A stretch of DNA of 64,000 nucleotides, from the NCBI RefSeq assembly GCF_009914755.1, contig NC_060933.1; one strand, written 5' to 3'. Positions 16,611 to 30,398 of the stretch are shown here, piece after piece; the first letter of the stretch is position 1; every line of letters starts with the position of its first letter. The notes beneath the pieces are model-generated. The model was not told the origin of the DNA. It searched no databases and was given only the letters and a program-made list of their open reading frames with translations. The DNA comes from the human T2T-CHM13v2.0 reference genome, Homo sapiens. Made by a program: the position numbers and the translations under genes.

Positions 16611-18568
16611 TTTAAAATGTGGCATATGTAATTCAGATGTATAGCAAATATTGTCTTTATTTTCCATAATTGATTCTATCTTCCTCATAGACTCTTCCTG
16701 TTAGCACGGGTCCTGGAGTAAGTTGACAGCTAATATATTTCTGTTTATCTTCTGGTTGAAATAGTATCTTTTCATTTTATTCAGTCTCTTTGAGGTAAAT
16801 TCAGTCTTTGAGATTTCTGCTCCTTCTTCCCTAGGCCTCCTAAGATTATGTCCAGATGTAGGGTTCAAAGGGGTTTCTGTGAGATGGCAGCAATGGGCAG
16901 AGGAGCGTTGGACTCTCACACTGATTTCTGGTTATCTCTGGGCTTTGGCCTAAGGATGGCCAGTCAAGTCTAGACCCATGATATTCCATGAAATGTAACT
17001 CATCTCTTTAGCCCCTGGGGCCATGACACAGGCCTCCATTTCCAAAGTAAGTTTAAGTATCATACATTCTATGAGTGTCTCAGGAAATTCTTGTTTCTTC
17101 TTTTACCATAGCACCATTTACATTTTTTCTACTTTCAAGTGTTAGATTATATTCTGACTTCTACTTCTTTCCACCACTACCAGTTAGAGAATTTACAAGG
17201 GTAGGGACTTTGGTCAATTTCTTTTCTGCATCTGAGCTCTGAGCATACTGCCTGTCATAATAGATACGTAAAGAATACTTACTGGATTGAATTGAAATGG
17301 GATCTCTTACTTCCCAAAGCTTGTTGGCACAAGTCTGAGGTACCAAAATTATTTCCATGTGCTGTTTCATTTTTTTAATGCAAAATCGAGTTTATTTTGT
17401 GATGCTGACTGGTATGGAGAAGAAATAGGGCAATCTGAATGAAAGAAAACTTCTTGTGACATTGGAAACTCTCTTAAATCTCTTTTGTCTCATCCTGAAA
17501 TAGTTACCCCCTTTTGTAAGCATTAAACAGCAATTCTTATCCATTGTCCAGTTCAGAAGAATCATGGCTTAAGAATAGCAATGTCTCAAGGACCTTTTGA
17601 GCCCTGAGTTGGTGGGTTAGGAATTTAGACAGGATTTTTTGTGGGAAATGGGTAATCAGAGGTACAAAAAGAAAAGGCTTCCACGGCCTTTTGGTTTCCT
17701 GCTGCATACCTTATTGTAGAAATTTGCATGCTCTATTGTTTGCAAAAGCAAGAAAAAGGCAACAAAATAAAACTACCAAAAACCCAGAACTCTTGCCATC
17801 TTAATTCCTGGTACAAGTTCTCCCCTCCTGACAGGCTTTGGCAATAATGAAACACTGAATCTCAGCTCTGGGAACATTTTATAGATGATCTAGACTATAG
17901 GTTCTAGAATCTAGACTCTAGACCAAGTCAAAGAAAGTCCTTCCTTTTTCTGTTCACTAAATTGTCCCCAGAATATGAGTGTATTTAGTGCAATGGGAGC
18001 TCGATACATGTTTAATGAATGAGTAAGTGAATGAATAAAATTTCTTTCTTTGCAGTTGAGAAAGCATCGGTTGAGAAAGGCCAGGGGACTTGTGTAGGGT
18101 CACACCATTTGTTCGTGGTAGGGCAGGTGAGGAACCACGGTCTCCTGATATCTCATTTGCTGCACTTCAAGTTACACAATAATATTTCCTGCAGCTTAAA
18201 CCACAGAAGCACTCACCCTTGAGTGCTGTAATAGGTTTCTAGAATTTATTTAAACTATAAAAAAACACAGGACGAATGGTTGTTTTGGCTCACGTAATGG
18301 ATCAGATATCTAGGAATGCCAAAAGCATATTTATTTACTCACAGGTAGCAAAAACATCATATAATTCTTTTTGTGGCTGTCCAGGCAATGTAAATTTTTT
18401 TTTTCTGTTCCAGTAAAGTGTACATTGATTAGAAATTATTGTTGTAAAAAGACCACCACTCAAACAGAGGGTCTGCACTAGGCAAGATATATGAAACCCA
18501 AAGTGCCTGTTAGGGTGCTGTGAAAATGTACGCCTTCCTTTTATTTATTTTTTTAAAGATTTGTTCCA

Positions 18569-18880
<312 letters not shown>

Positions 18881-19590
18881 AAAGATTTGTTCCATGCAGG
18901 AATAGAAGCCTTTTTTGTGTGTGGTCATATTGCTGAGAATCATCTGGTAAATGAGCCAAGAAGAGAGAGCAAGCAAATAATCTTAATCACTTGGGAATAT
19001 AAGAATCAAACATCACATTGTGTGCAGTAATGAGGAGAATACATTTTAGACATTGGTGCAAAAATCTAACTTCTATCTTTTTGCTATAGCTTACTCAATT
19101 TGAGCTATAGTATGGATTGGGATTAAAAGCTCTAAGTTAAATGGTGGTGTAATTATGTGTTAACATTTCTTATATATAAGTTTATTTACATAGCATATTT
19201 GGAATGGCTCTATTTTTAATTTAGTATTGAATCGCTGCACATTTGCAAACTGCTTCAGATGCACTTTCTGAAAAGGTGCTGTTCCTTGGGGCTCCCTGGA
19301 GGTAAAATCTCCATAGACTCTATAAAGCACACGTGGCCAATAATTGTTGCTCCTGATGGAGGGAAAGTTCCTTTAGCAATGGAAAGAATAATCTTCCAGA
19401 CTTTTATTAAAATAATACTAGGGAAATACCTTCAATCACATTGTCTTGTTAGGTAACATCTCTTGCATATGGCTATGTATATAGTTTTTGTGCAATAAAC
19501 ATTAGAACAAAACTTTAAAATCATAAAACTTTATGATCTTTATGTGCTGTTAAACAAAGTTTATGATATACCTTTATGATCTTTATGTAC

Positions 19591-20831
19591 TGTTAAACGA
19601 AGTTTATGGGAGGCTGTTGTTTTGTGCTAAGCTCCTGTATTAGGCCCTGGCACACCAGACCAAACCAGAATGGAGCCACTTGTGCTAAGTGCCATGTAAT
19701 CAAGCTGAACCTTGAAATGGGCCAATTTTCAAAAATAAATAAATAAATAAAATAAAATAAAATAAACCATGGGATTCCAGTCAGCCTGAGTCAGTGTAAT
19801 ATGGAAGTCCCCTCTGTTAATGCTGTAAGGAAAGTTACCGTGAAATGACCAATCTGCTATTTGTCCACTGTTTCTGCTTTCTTTTTATTTTATTTTATTT
19901 TATTATTTTTATTTTCTTAATTTTCTTTTTTTTATTTTATTATTATTATACTTTGTTTTAGGGTACATGTGTATAATGTGCAGGTTAGTTACATATGTAT
20001 ACATGTGCCATGCTGGTGTGCTGCACCCATTAACTGGTCATTTAGCATTAGGTATATCTCCTAATGCTATCCCTCCCCACTCCCCCCACCCCACATCCCC
20101 AGAGTGTGATGTTCCCCTTCCTGTGTCCATGTGTTCTCATTGTTCAGTTCCCACCTATGAGTGAGAACATGCGGTGTTTGGTTTTTTGTTCTTCCGATAG
20201 TTTACTGAGAATGATGATTTCCAATTTCATCTATGTTCCTACAAAGGACATGAACTCATCATTTTTATGGCTGCATAGTATTCCATGGTGTATATGTGCC
20301 ATATTTTCTTAATCCAGTCTATCATTGTTGGACATTTGGGTTGGTTCCAAGTCTTTGCTATTGTGAATAATGCCGCAATAAACATACGTGTGCATGTGTC
20401 TTTATAGCAGCATGATTTATAGTCCTTTGGGTATATACCCAGTAATGGGATGGCTGGGTCAAATGGTATTTCTAGTTCTAGATCCCTGAGGAATAGCCAC
20501 ACTGACTTCCACAATGGTTGAACTAGTTTACAGTCCCACCAACAGTGTAAAAGTGTTCCTATTTCTCCACATCCTCTCCAGCACCTGTTGTTTCCTGACT
20601 TTTTAATGATTGCCATTCTAACTGGTGTGAGATGGTATCTCATTTTGGTTTTGATTTGCATTTTTCTCTGCTTTCTTTAGCCCTTCTGTGCCTGTAAGAC
20701 CAACCTCCTCTGCTCAGCTCATCAGAACACTCACTCTGTTATATAAAATGAGGTGTTACCTGATTCGAGAATCACAAATAAAAGCCAATCAGACCCTTAA
20801 ACTAAATTTGTTGTAATTTTGTCTTTTGACA
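19591..20831 (+). mobile_element. Solo ERV1 LTR (MER34/MER39 group) split by an L1PA insertion
   Basis: Starts tgttaaacgaagtttatgggaggc and ends ttttgtcttttgaca; AATAAA near the 3' end; halves resume either side of the L1. Confidence 0.7.
19882..20662 (-). mobile_element. Young 5'-truncated L1PA2/L1PA3-like LINE-1 (ORF2 C-terminus plus 3' UTR)
   Basis: ORF 20239-20661 is near-consensus ORF2 C-terminus ([46 protein letters not shown]); T-rich tail; TSD tctgctttctt. Confidence 0.93.
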
Positions 20832-21529
20832 GTGCTAATGATTATTTTGTAACTAGCGTGTTTTTTATGGGAGTGGGAGAAAGAAAAGGGAGACAGGGTA
20901 ACTGGTTCTTTCTGAAACAAGTAATCTCATAATTTTAAAAATCCTAGGAAATATCAAAAGCAGCTCAGGCTCAGTTTAGCCATTTATGCTGCTTTAAATA
21001 GCTGTCTACTTTTACAAAAGTTCTAATTTTTTTCTGATTCCTGCCACATTTCTGATATTGCCCAGCCATAAGCCCTGCTGCCTTGCAGGCGTGCCCCATG
21101 GAGGGAGCAGAGCTGAAATTAGACACAACAAACTATGTGCTCTCTTATTCATGGGCTCAATAAAAGCACTTCCTCAGGGAGATATTATATTTCCATCTTC
21201 AAGTCTGGGAGTTTGGGCACCCCAAAGCGATTGTCAGCAGCCCAGCCAGAGCAAATTTAACCTCGCCCTGAACCTTGGTGGGGCTCCAGCGGGACTGTCA
21301 CGAAAATGTCGAATTTTGGCCCTGTGTCTCCAGCTCCAAAGTAGGGTTCGGACAGCCAAAGAAAACAGAGCCTGAGTTAAACAGTGAGAAGAGAAAGAGG
21401 CCAAAACTCTTACCTAAAGGTCTCTACAGCTCAGCAAACTCAGTGAGAGTCAAGGAGTTAGAAGGAAGGCCTTTCCCTTGTGCATGACACCTCTTAGTGC
21501 CTCTATTTTTCCTTCCGTAAAATGAACAT

Positions 21530-21690
21530 TTTCTAAATCCTCACTACTCAAATTGTGGTACTCAGACTAATAGCATTGGTATCACCATGGAAGCTTGTTA
21601 GAAAAGCAGAATCTTAGGCCCCATCCTAAAATTACTGAGTCAAAATCTACATTTTAACTTATGCATCTTAAAGTTTGAGAATCTCTGATG
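21530..21690. mobile_element. MER5-like DNA transposon remnant
   Basis: gcttgttagaaaagcagaatcttaggccccatcc...actgagtcaaaatctacattttaac. Confidence 0.6.
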
Positions 21691-21693
21691 TAA

Positions 21694-22037
<344 letters not shown>

Positions 22038-22177
22038 GGAAAACCCTTTTTTAAACATAAAGAGTGTGACCGTAAAGTTATAAGCTGCCCCTCAGATAGG
22101 GAGCATTTCACAGCCTTGACCTGTATAAACTAGATCAGCATGATTCACTGAGCTCCTACCAATGCAAGGACACACCC

Positions 22178-22540
22178 CGATATTGTTTGGCTGTGTCCCC
22201 ACCCAAATCTCATCTTGAATTGTAGGTCCCATAATTCCCATGTGTCGTGGGAGGGACCTGGTGGGAGGTAATTGAATCATGGGGGGAGGTTTCCCCCATG
22301 CTGTTCTTGTGACAGTGAGTGTGTGCTCACGAGATCTGGTGGTTATAAGCATCTGGCATTTCTCCTGCTGGCACTGATTCTCTCTCCCACCACCCTGTGA
22401 AGAGGTGCCTTCCACCACGATTGTAAGTTTCCTGAGTCCTCCTCCGCCATGCAGAACTGTGAGTCAATTAAACCTCTTCTCTTTATAAATTACCCAGTCT
22501 CGGGTATTTCTTCATAGCAGTGTGAGAATGGACTGACACA
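22178..22540 (+). mobile_element. THE1 (B/C-like) MaLR solo LTR
   Basis: Consensus-like start gatattgtttggctgtgtccccacccaaatctc; 5-bp TSD caccc on both sides. Confidence 0.9.
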
Positions 22541-23816
22541 CACCCTGAAGGCTGCCTGACCAGAGTGGTTCCCTGAACGCCCCAAAGTTTGAAATCTGAC
22601 TGTAAGGATGCAAGAAGCAAAGAAAAAAATACATTCATACACTCAGGAATCTAACCCAGGGGCACTATTAAACCTGAGTTTGCAAATCTATCTTGGGAAA
22701 GAACAGGATAACAGAGCTTGTGCTAGGTTTACTTGTAAAGGTGTTCCTGAGACTTTTCCAGATTTATGCAAAGAAGGATTGGGGACTTTTGCCAAATCCT
22801 CATCTTCTGAAATCCAGGGTTCAGACACTGTCAGAAAGGCACACTTGATGTTTATCTTCTGGAAGACAAGCCCTACAGAGACTGAAAGTTCTCCTCAGCC
22901 CTGAGACTCAGGAGACCCAGTCCTCCCCAAAGCCCGCCCCAAGGAGACTAAAGAGACAGATGTGATGCACCACCATGGGACAGTCACTGCTTTCTCTCTT
23001 AATACCACCCTGGGGCCTTCTCATCAGTTCCTTGAAGAGCGATGCTACCTTATCACTGCCCTTCCAGGGCTTAGCAAGAACCAGAGGGCTGACGCAAAAA
23101 TAACCTTGAGTCTTCCATCTGCCCAAAGCTCTCCAAGGAAGCAGGAGGCATCAGGGCACTTAAGAAGCCACAGGCAGGAGACATGCGGCACATGGCTGGG
23201 CCCCACTGATGATGTAGCTGCTAAAAGCTCTAGAGAGTCATTTTGGATAGAAACAGACTCTGACAGGAGCCATCAGTTGCATGAAATTATGCTGAAAGCC
23301 TGTAGGCAAAATCCCTGCTGATGGAGGTTGCTAGCACCCAAAGTAGCAGAGATAACCATACTACTGGACTCTGTGTCAGGCACTTTATTATACAAACTCT
23401 AGGGAAAGTATTGTTATCTGCATTGGGCATATAAGGAAACCGGAGCTCTAAGAGCTCGAATAGTTTGTACACAGTTGAATCAGGGTTACTTTTGAATTCG
23501 GGCCATCCTAGCTCCAAAGTCCAAGCTGCTTTTGTTGCACTGCAAAACCTCCCCTGGGTGGATGCGACTTGCCAACAAGAATCAAGGCAGAACTTTGCAG
23601 GGAGGCATTGGGTGACTAGAGCCTTATACTGGGAGAAGCAGGTTGGAGTGCCAGGCTGGTGGGAATTTCTTGCTCAGAGTTATCCAGTTCAACCCATTTG
23701 TGGCCTACAGAGAGGTTAGGCTTCTGAGACCATCTTTTCCTCCATACCTTGACAGATACTTTATACCTCTTGAGAAGGAAGGAATGGTTCCTAGCCAGAA
23801 AAATTTAATGGCTGCA

Positions 23817-24227
23817 TCAGGGCCAGCTTCAGGGACACTGCAGTCACATAGACCCCCTCACTTATGAGGCCCCTGTGCTTGGGTTTTAATCCTCTGCCAT
23901 TGCTGTCTTGAAATGCTAAACAATTTTGTCTTTGAATTTATGTTGTGTAAGGAAAGTCTGATGGGACAATGACACATGCACCCAGGTCTTAGAGCCTTGC
24001 CTCATGTGCAGTCTCACCTCCCACCCACTCCCTGTCTCCCTGGGATGGGTTGTCTGCTGCCTACTTCCTGTCCCCTGCCACTCTTCACCCAGGGATCCAG
24101 GTACTGAGAGATCTAGGTACGCTTGGGGTGACCTGTCTGTAGAGCAGTAGGCCTGACTTTTCTGCCTCTGGCTGGGTCCCTACATAATTATTTTGCACTA
24201 GACCTGCAAATTATGTAGCCATCTCTG
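23817..24227. mobile_element. MER45-like hAT-Tip100 remnant
   Basis: cagggccagcttc start and tgcaaattatgtagccatctctg end. Confidence 0.55.
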
Positions 24228-25849
24228 AACTACACTTTTCTAGGGTTGGAACTGTCAAAGTGATTAAAAGTTCAGCATGCAAAGGCTGGGCTCTTCCTGC
24301 CCTGAGGGAAGTAGTCTCAACCATCCTTTTCTCTCTTTCCTCAAATACTGTCTCCTCCTTCTAGGAGCAAGACTGCTGCCTGGTTTACAATCAGGGCCAG
24401 CTTGATACCAGGCAGTAAGAGCAAACTTCCTCTCTCTCTGCTTTTGTCTCTCTGGTTATAGATTCTTAAGCTCTGACAGGTGCATTTTTAATTAGCCTTT
24501 TGATATGGTTGTAAGATCTGAGATTAGGGTTTACACATTGGAGGTGAAATACATGAAGCAATCCTCTAGGAGTGCTTTGTTTCAACATTACTTGGACCTA
24601 TTTAACTTCAGTAAAAGGAGCCTTCCACATAGTTTAACTCACTGTTATCTGAGGTTAAAGTCCCCCAAATAATGAATTACTATGTTGCTTTAGCTTTTTT
24701 GTGCATATATTTCCCTTAGAGAACTTATTGACAGGAGAAAACCCAGAGTCAAAGCAATATTCATATACTGCTAACCTCTGGCCTAATGTCATATTAATAC
24801 CATGCTAATAATACCTAATGCCACTCTAAGCCCAGTGATGAGAGGAGGGGTGCAGATACGAATTTGCGATCTTTCAATAAGGTCTCCTTAGTGACAAAGC
24901 AATACATTTTCCTATCAAGAAACCTTCAGGGACCGAGAATATTATCCAGGGACTTAAGGCAGCTTTAGCAACCATAGGGTATAATCCAATCTCAGAATTC
25001 CAGCATGGTAGAATGAGTGAGGAAAGAATTAGAAGGTCATACAAACAACACTCAAGAGAGGTCATAATGTCACTCATGACTAAGTCATATTTTTGATACA
25101 GGTGACAAATTATAAAACCAGAGCTCTTTAGATCTTGAAGCAGCATGGGTACTACACATTTCAAAGCCCTCAAGTTTCAAATTAAGAAACCGAGGATCTA
25201 AGAGTTGTAGAAAGGCATATATTATTACTCAGGATATTATTGTAATCACTGGTATTTGAGACCCATAGCCAGCAGCCGAGACACCATTCTTTCCATTATA
25301 CTGTATCCATTGAGGTTTATTAACCATGGTAGATAATTTTATCTAACAAGAGTAAAATTGTGTCTAATGTGAGATGAGCATTTCTTATACAACTTTATAA
25401 ATTAGAATTAATCTCTGAACAAAGTATAAATGGAGAAACACATGTACCCTACTTTATTACGTGGGCATTCTTTATTAGTAGGGAGAATAATGTGATAGCC
25501 CTATGACAAGGTTTAGGGGTTCTAGAAAATCCTCAAAACTTATTGCCATACATAACAAAATAACTAAAATTCTAAAATTACAGGTTGAATTCTGTGAACT
25601 AAGCCAAAAGAGCTCGGTTCCTGGTAGAGTATGATCAATTCATGCATGAAACCCAGATCTGAGGGTGCAAAAGGGCCTTACCAGTTTTCTAGTCTAATCT
25701 TTGCATATTTACCTCCAATATATCAATGCCTAAAGAGTAGTGCCCTATTCTATGAGAATATATCCATCATCCATTCCTCCATCCCTCAATTATTCATTCA
25801 CTAATTTAGCCAATATTTTTGCATCCCTCTTTTCCACCAGTATGCCAGA

Positions 25850-26418
25850 TACTGTTTCTTTTCTCTCAGTAGCAAACCCACCCTCTTTATTCTCTTTAGA
25901 TTCTCCCATTGAGAAGCATTTCTGTGAGCTCTGGAAGTCAGGTGAAAAGGAGAAGTCATAATCTATGGCAGCAGCTATGGGAAGGTACATTTATTAGAAA
26001 TTAGAGGAACATCAGATATTAGAGGATATGTTAGATTAGATATTATTGATAGATATATTAGATATTATTGATATATTAGATATATTGATAGATTGGATAT
26101 CATTAGCTAGATTAGATATATTTGGCAGATATTAGAGGAACACCAGATTTCATCAGTATGCTTCTGAGATTTATCCAGTTTTGCACTGCAAGCATCTGAT
26201 AATTTTGTGGCAGCTTTTCTGCATTGCTGGTACTTCTAGACTTCCTCAGAGGCTGGGCCTCCCTGACCTTAGCTCACTAGTCCTTCTGAAGCTTGTGTAA
26301 ACTTTTAATTCCCTGTATTAAATTCATTGTTGTTCAGAATACCTACAGTTTTTTGTTTTTTTGTTTTTTTGTTTTTTTGTTTTTTTGGTTTTTTTTCCTG
26401 ACAAACCCTGACAGAAAT
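25850..26418 (+). mobile_element. Old ERVL LTR remnant (LTR16/LTR33-like) containing an AT-rich simple-repeat expansion
   Basis: LTR-type 3' end (ttccctgtattaaatt...cctgacaaaccctgacag); GATAT(A)TT-type repeats at ~26015-26135. Confidence 0.45.
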
Positions 26419-26864
26419 AGCCAAGCACTGGGCAATGAACACAAGATACAAAATTGAGTCAACCTGCTCTACTATCTGAAGCCGTTCCTTATTTTGGAAA
26501 GCATCCTGGCTCTCTCTTATGTACATTGGTCCTTTGCCTGTCCTAAGTAGCCACACATATTAAGTCTTGCTTATTAATTTATATTTCAGCTCGTATTAGC
26601 CTTCCTGAGAGGAGGTGTCTACAGGGAGAGAAAGGTGAGGACATGGGTACATGATTGGTAGGAAGAGAGCACTACTGAGTTTGCAAAGATGAAACTTTTT
26701 CTTTTTTAGTTTTTCTGACACTTAGAACATAAAGGTTGGATTCTATTCTTAGAGAAGAGTGAGTAAATCCTACTATGTTCAGTGAGAATCGCATATATTT
26801 TGCAAGACAGTGGAGTAAGATAGATAGTCTTGGGAAGTCGGCCATGTCAATGTAAGGGTCTACG

Positions 26865-26955
26865 GGCTGGTCTCGAACTCCCGACCTCAGGTGATCTGCC
26901 CACCTCGGCCTCCCAAAGTGCTAGGATTACAGGGATGAGCCACCATGCCTGGCCT
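26865..26955 (-). mobile_element. Truncated AluS left-arm fragment at the left edge of the mosaic block
   Basis: Begins abruptly mid-arm (ggctggtctcgaactcc); no right arm, tail or TSD. Confidence 0.88.
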
Positions 26956-27632
26956 AAAATGAAATTTTAATTGGCAGAGAAGGCAGATGGTGAGAATTGT
27001 TGATCCAATAATAACATGAAGTCCATGAAAGCCTGTGGCTGTAAAGAATGTTGAGCTGTAGATTCCATCAGAGATAATAAAGGGGGCCTCGAAATATTCT
27101 GAGATTTGTGGAAGGGTGAAATAGACTCCTAAGAGGATTGTGGTAAGTAGTGCTTGAATTGTTTGTTTTTGGTTACCTTCTGTTAGGCTGTGATGGGCTC
27201 AAGTCATTGAAACTCCTGATGCAAGTAATACGGACGTATTTAGGAGAGGTACTTCTGAAGGGTTCAGGGGAAGAATACCTGTTGGGGGTCAATGTCCTCC
27301 TAATTCTGGGGTCGGTGCTAAACTGGAGTGATAGCATGCCCAGAAAAAACCGGCGAAGAAGGATACTTCTGAGATAATAGGAGCATCCTGTATCAGAGGC
27401 CTTTTTGGACAATTGCTGTGTGGTGGCCTTGGAATGTACTTTCTCGGACAATATCACGTCATCATTGATATATAGTCAGTGTGTTGGTTAGTAGGCCTAA
27501 AGTTAAAAGAGTGGTAGAATTAAAGTGAAATCCTATGGTTAGGCCAGATGTTATTAGGAGAGCCGAGAGAGCTCCTGTTAGTGGTCAAGGGCTAGGTACA
27601 ACTATATGGTAGGCATGTGTCTGGTGGGTCAT
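26956..27632 (-). pseudogene. MT-CO3: NUMT: mitochondrial COX3 pseudogene fragment (start codon to about nt 680)
   Basis: Minus strand begins ATG ACC CAC CAG ACA CAT GCC TAC CAT ATA GT (MTHQTHAYHMV in the mitochondrial code); later a ...[23 protein letters not shown] motif; degenerate and clearly diverged from modern human mtDNA. Confidence 0.93.
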
Positions 27633-27783
27633 TATGTATTATGCGAACAAAGACTAATAGTGTGAAGACATAAGCTTGAATAAGAGTGACAGCGAACTTG
27701 AGAACAGTTAGTAGAATTAGAATAATAGGAAATACTGAAGTTGCAGAGACACTAATAATTGATAATATTAGCACTGCACTGTA
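27632..27783 (-). pseudogene. MT-ATP6: NUMT: mitochondrial ATP6 3' end
   Basis: Translates to ...IILILLTVLKFAVTLIQAYVFTLLV; TAA overlaps the COX3 ATG (TAATG) as in mtDNA gene order. Confidence 0.92.
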
Positions 27784-27806
27784 TTTTAATTCTTTTTCTC
27801 CTGTAG

Positions 27807-27902
<96 letters not shown>

Positions 27903-28893
27903 TAAATTGATTTTGCTACCTGAAGTACTTGTATTTGGCTTCTTGTAGTAACCTGCAGTCTATAGTGCTTTATATGTAGTAGTCCTTTTTTATCTGAAAC
28001 AAAACATTTTGAAGTTCCCAGGAGTAACAGCTTTAGCTCCTGATTTTAAAAAATTTATTCTAGGGGTGATACAGGCATTTTTTAAAATCTCCAATTTAAG
28101 CATTAATGTTTGCCCTTTTTTCCAAGAATGCACACGTGTTAATATTTCAAATGGTTGAACACTTAAAATGAAAAGCAACAGACTCCTGCTTTTTACCCAT
28201 CTGGTTATTTTCTGATTTTAAATCTGTCGCACGTTACCCTCATAATTCTAGATACTGTAGTATGCTTAACTACCATTTGTTAATGGTAGTTGTTGTTGTT
28301 GTACAGACAACACCTGTTGATCCCCACAATATGAATTATGGAGCTTCCACTCACTTATGCCTCTTTCCTCCTTGCTTCCAGTGTCTCATCTATTTTTTAC
28401 TTTTCGTTCTCTTGGCTATCTTTGCTATATTGTATGTATTTTCATTAATTAAGAAATACATTAAGAATACAGAAAGTTATCAGATACAGATATAGATATA
28501 GATATCAGACACCTATATACCTACCACCCAGAATTAATTGGTGTTAACATTTTGCTATTTTTAATTCAAGCTTACTTTTACAGGTAAATACAATATTACA
28601 AATGCATCTTAAGAAATTCCTTCACATCCGTCACTTACTCTTGCCTCTCATACAGATAACCACTGTCTTGAAGTTGGTGATTGTTTTCTTTCTTTGCTGA
28701 TATTTATAATTTTACCATATGTGCCTGTTGCCATAAAAATATTTGGTTTATTTTAAAATGTGATACAAGATATTTTCCTGAGTATTATTGTTCTGATTCT
28801 GATCTGATCAAAGAGGAGCTTCTATTCTTTACTTCTGTAGAACTCTTTAGTCTTATAAAAGTTTTATATATTCTGAAATCAAACCTACCAATC

Positions 28894-29188
28894 TTTTTTT
28901 TTTTTTTGAGACAGAGTCTCACTCTGTCGCCCAGTCTGGAGTGCAGTGGCGCAATCTCGGCTCACTGCAAGCTTCGCCTCCCAGGTTCACGCCATTATCC
29001 TGCCTCAGCCTCCTGAGTAGCTGGGACTACAGGCAAACGCTGCCATGCCCGGCTAACTTTTTGTATTTTTAGTAAAGACGGAGTTTCACCGTGTTAGCCA
29101 GGATGGTCTCGATCTCCTGACTTTGTGATCCGCCCACCTCGGCCTCCCAAAGTGCTGGGATTACAGGCGTGAGCCACCGCACCCGGCC
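28894..29188 (-). mobile_element. AluY element within old L1ME-like sequence
   Basis: Antisense dimer with Y diagnostics; TSD taccaatcttt. Confidence 0.93.
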
Positions 29189-30087
29189 CAAATTTACCAA
29201 TCTTTTATAGTTTGGTCTTTTGAAGTCTTAGGGAATCGTTTCCTACCCTAAAGGTCTAATTTGATTGTTTTCCATATGATGGTCAGTTGTCTCAGCATTA
29301 TTAGTTGAATAATCCAGTATTTACCTACAGCTTGGAAATTTCCCTTCTTTGGTAAGCCAGATTCCCTTCTAAAGGGTCTATTTCTGGCTTTTATTTTTAT
29401 TCATTGGATATATTCATATCTCCATATACCAGAGACTCATTCATGTATACCACAGCTTTATAATAAACGTTGATTAGAGTGTTTTTCTACCTCCGTGTTC
29501 TTCAAAATTGCCTAGACTATTCTTGACCCTTCTTCACTGTGAGTTTAGGTTTAGGTGATCATATTTAACCAAAAAAAATGCATTTGGGTTTTTTATTAGA
29601 AGTGTGTTGAATTTATGGATTAATTTAGGAGGCTTGGTATCTTGCTGATACTTAATCTCACTACCCATTTACATGGTATATATTGCTTGCATACTTGGGT
29701 CTTTTGTTTTCTATAGTAAAGTTGCTGGAAGAGGAGTGGGGGAGGAAAGAGGAGGAGAGGAATGCACACATATGGGTGTAGGAGGCACCCTTCTGAAGGG
29801 AGGCTGGAAGGAGAAAGATGTGGGGCTAGGACGTGTGGGGCATGGGTCAGAGGTCAGAGGCACTGAAACTGCAGCTGAATGAGAGCAGCCTCCTTTTTCA
29901 TTAGGTGGAACCCCCAAAATGGGGGCAAGGTCAGTGGGAAGAGCCAGGGAAGAGTTAGGAATTATGGATATCAAATTTTACTCAATTCTTGGTGTGGGAG
30001 AAGGTGGAGGGACAGGCAAAATGAGGGGCCCAACAGCACGTGGGCCGAGTCAGAGTAGGACGAGGAGCTGGGATCTGTGAAGTGTAG

Positions 30088-30383
<296 letters not shown>

Positions 30384-30398
30384 TGATCTCGATCTCCT

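Noticed and set aside
20239-20661. 140-aa ORF
   Set aside because: It is the C-terminus of L1 ORF2 in a 5'-truncated element, not a gene.
26348-26397. T-rich run as the poly(A) tail of the cassette
   Set aside because: It lies inside the 3' end of an old LTR, ~470 nt from the apparent breakpoint, and no matching TSD was found.
27150-27457. ORFs within the NUMT
   Set aside because: Off-frame or antisense readings of decayed mitochondrial COX3 sequence.
27750-27757. NUMT-derived CACTAAT as branch point of the SPTLC1 exon
   Set aside because: An AG lies between it and the acceptor, and a closer TTAAT at ~27786-27790 fits better.
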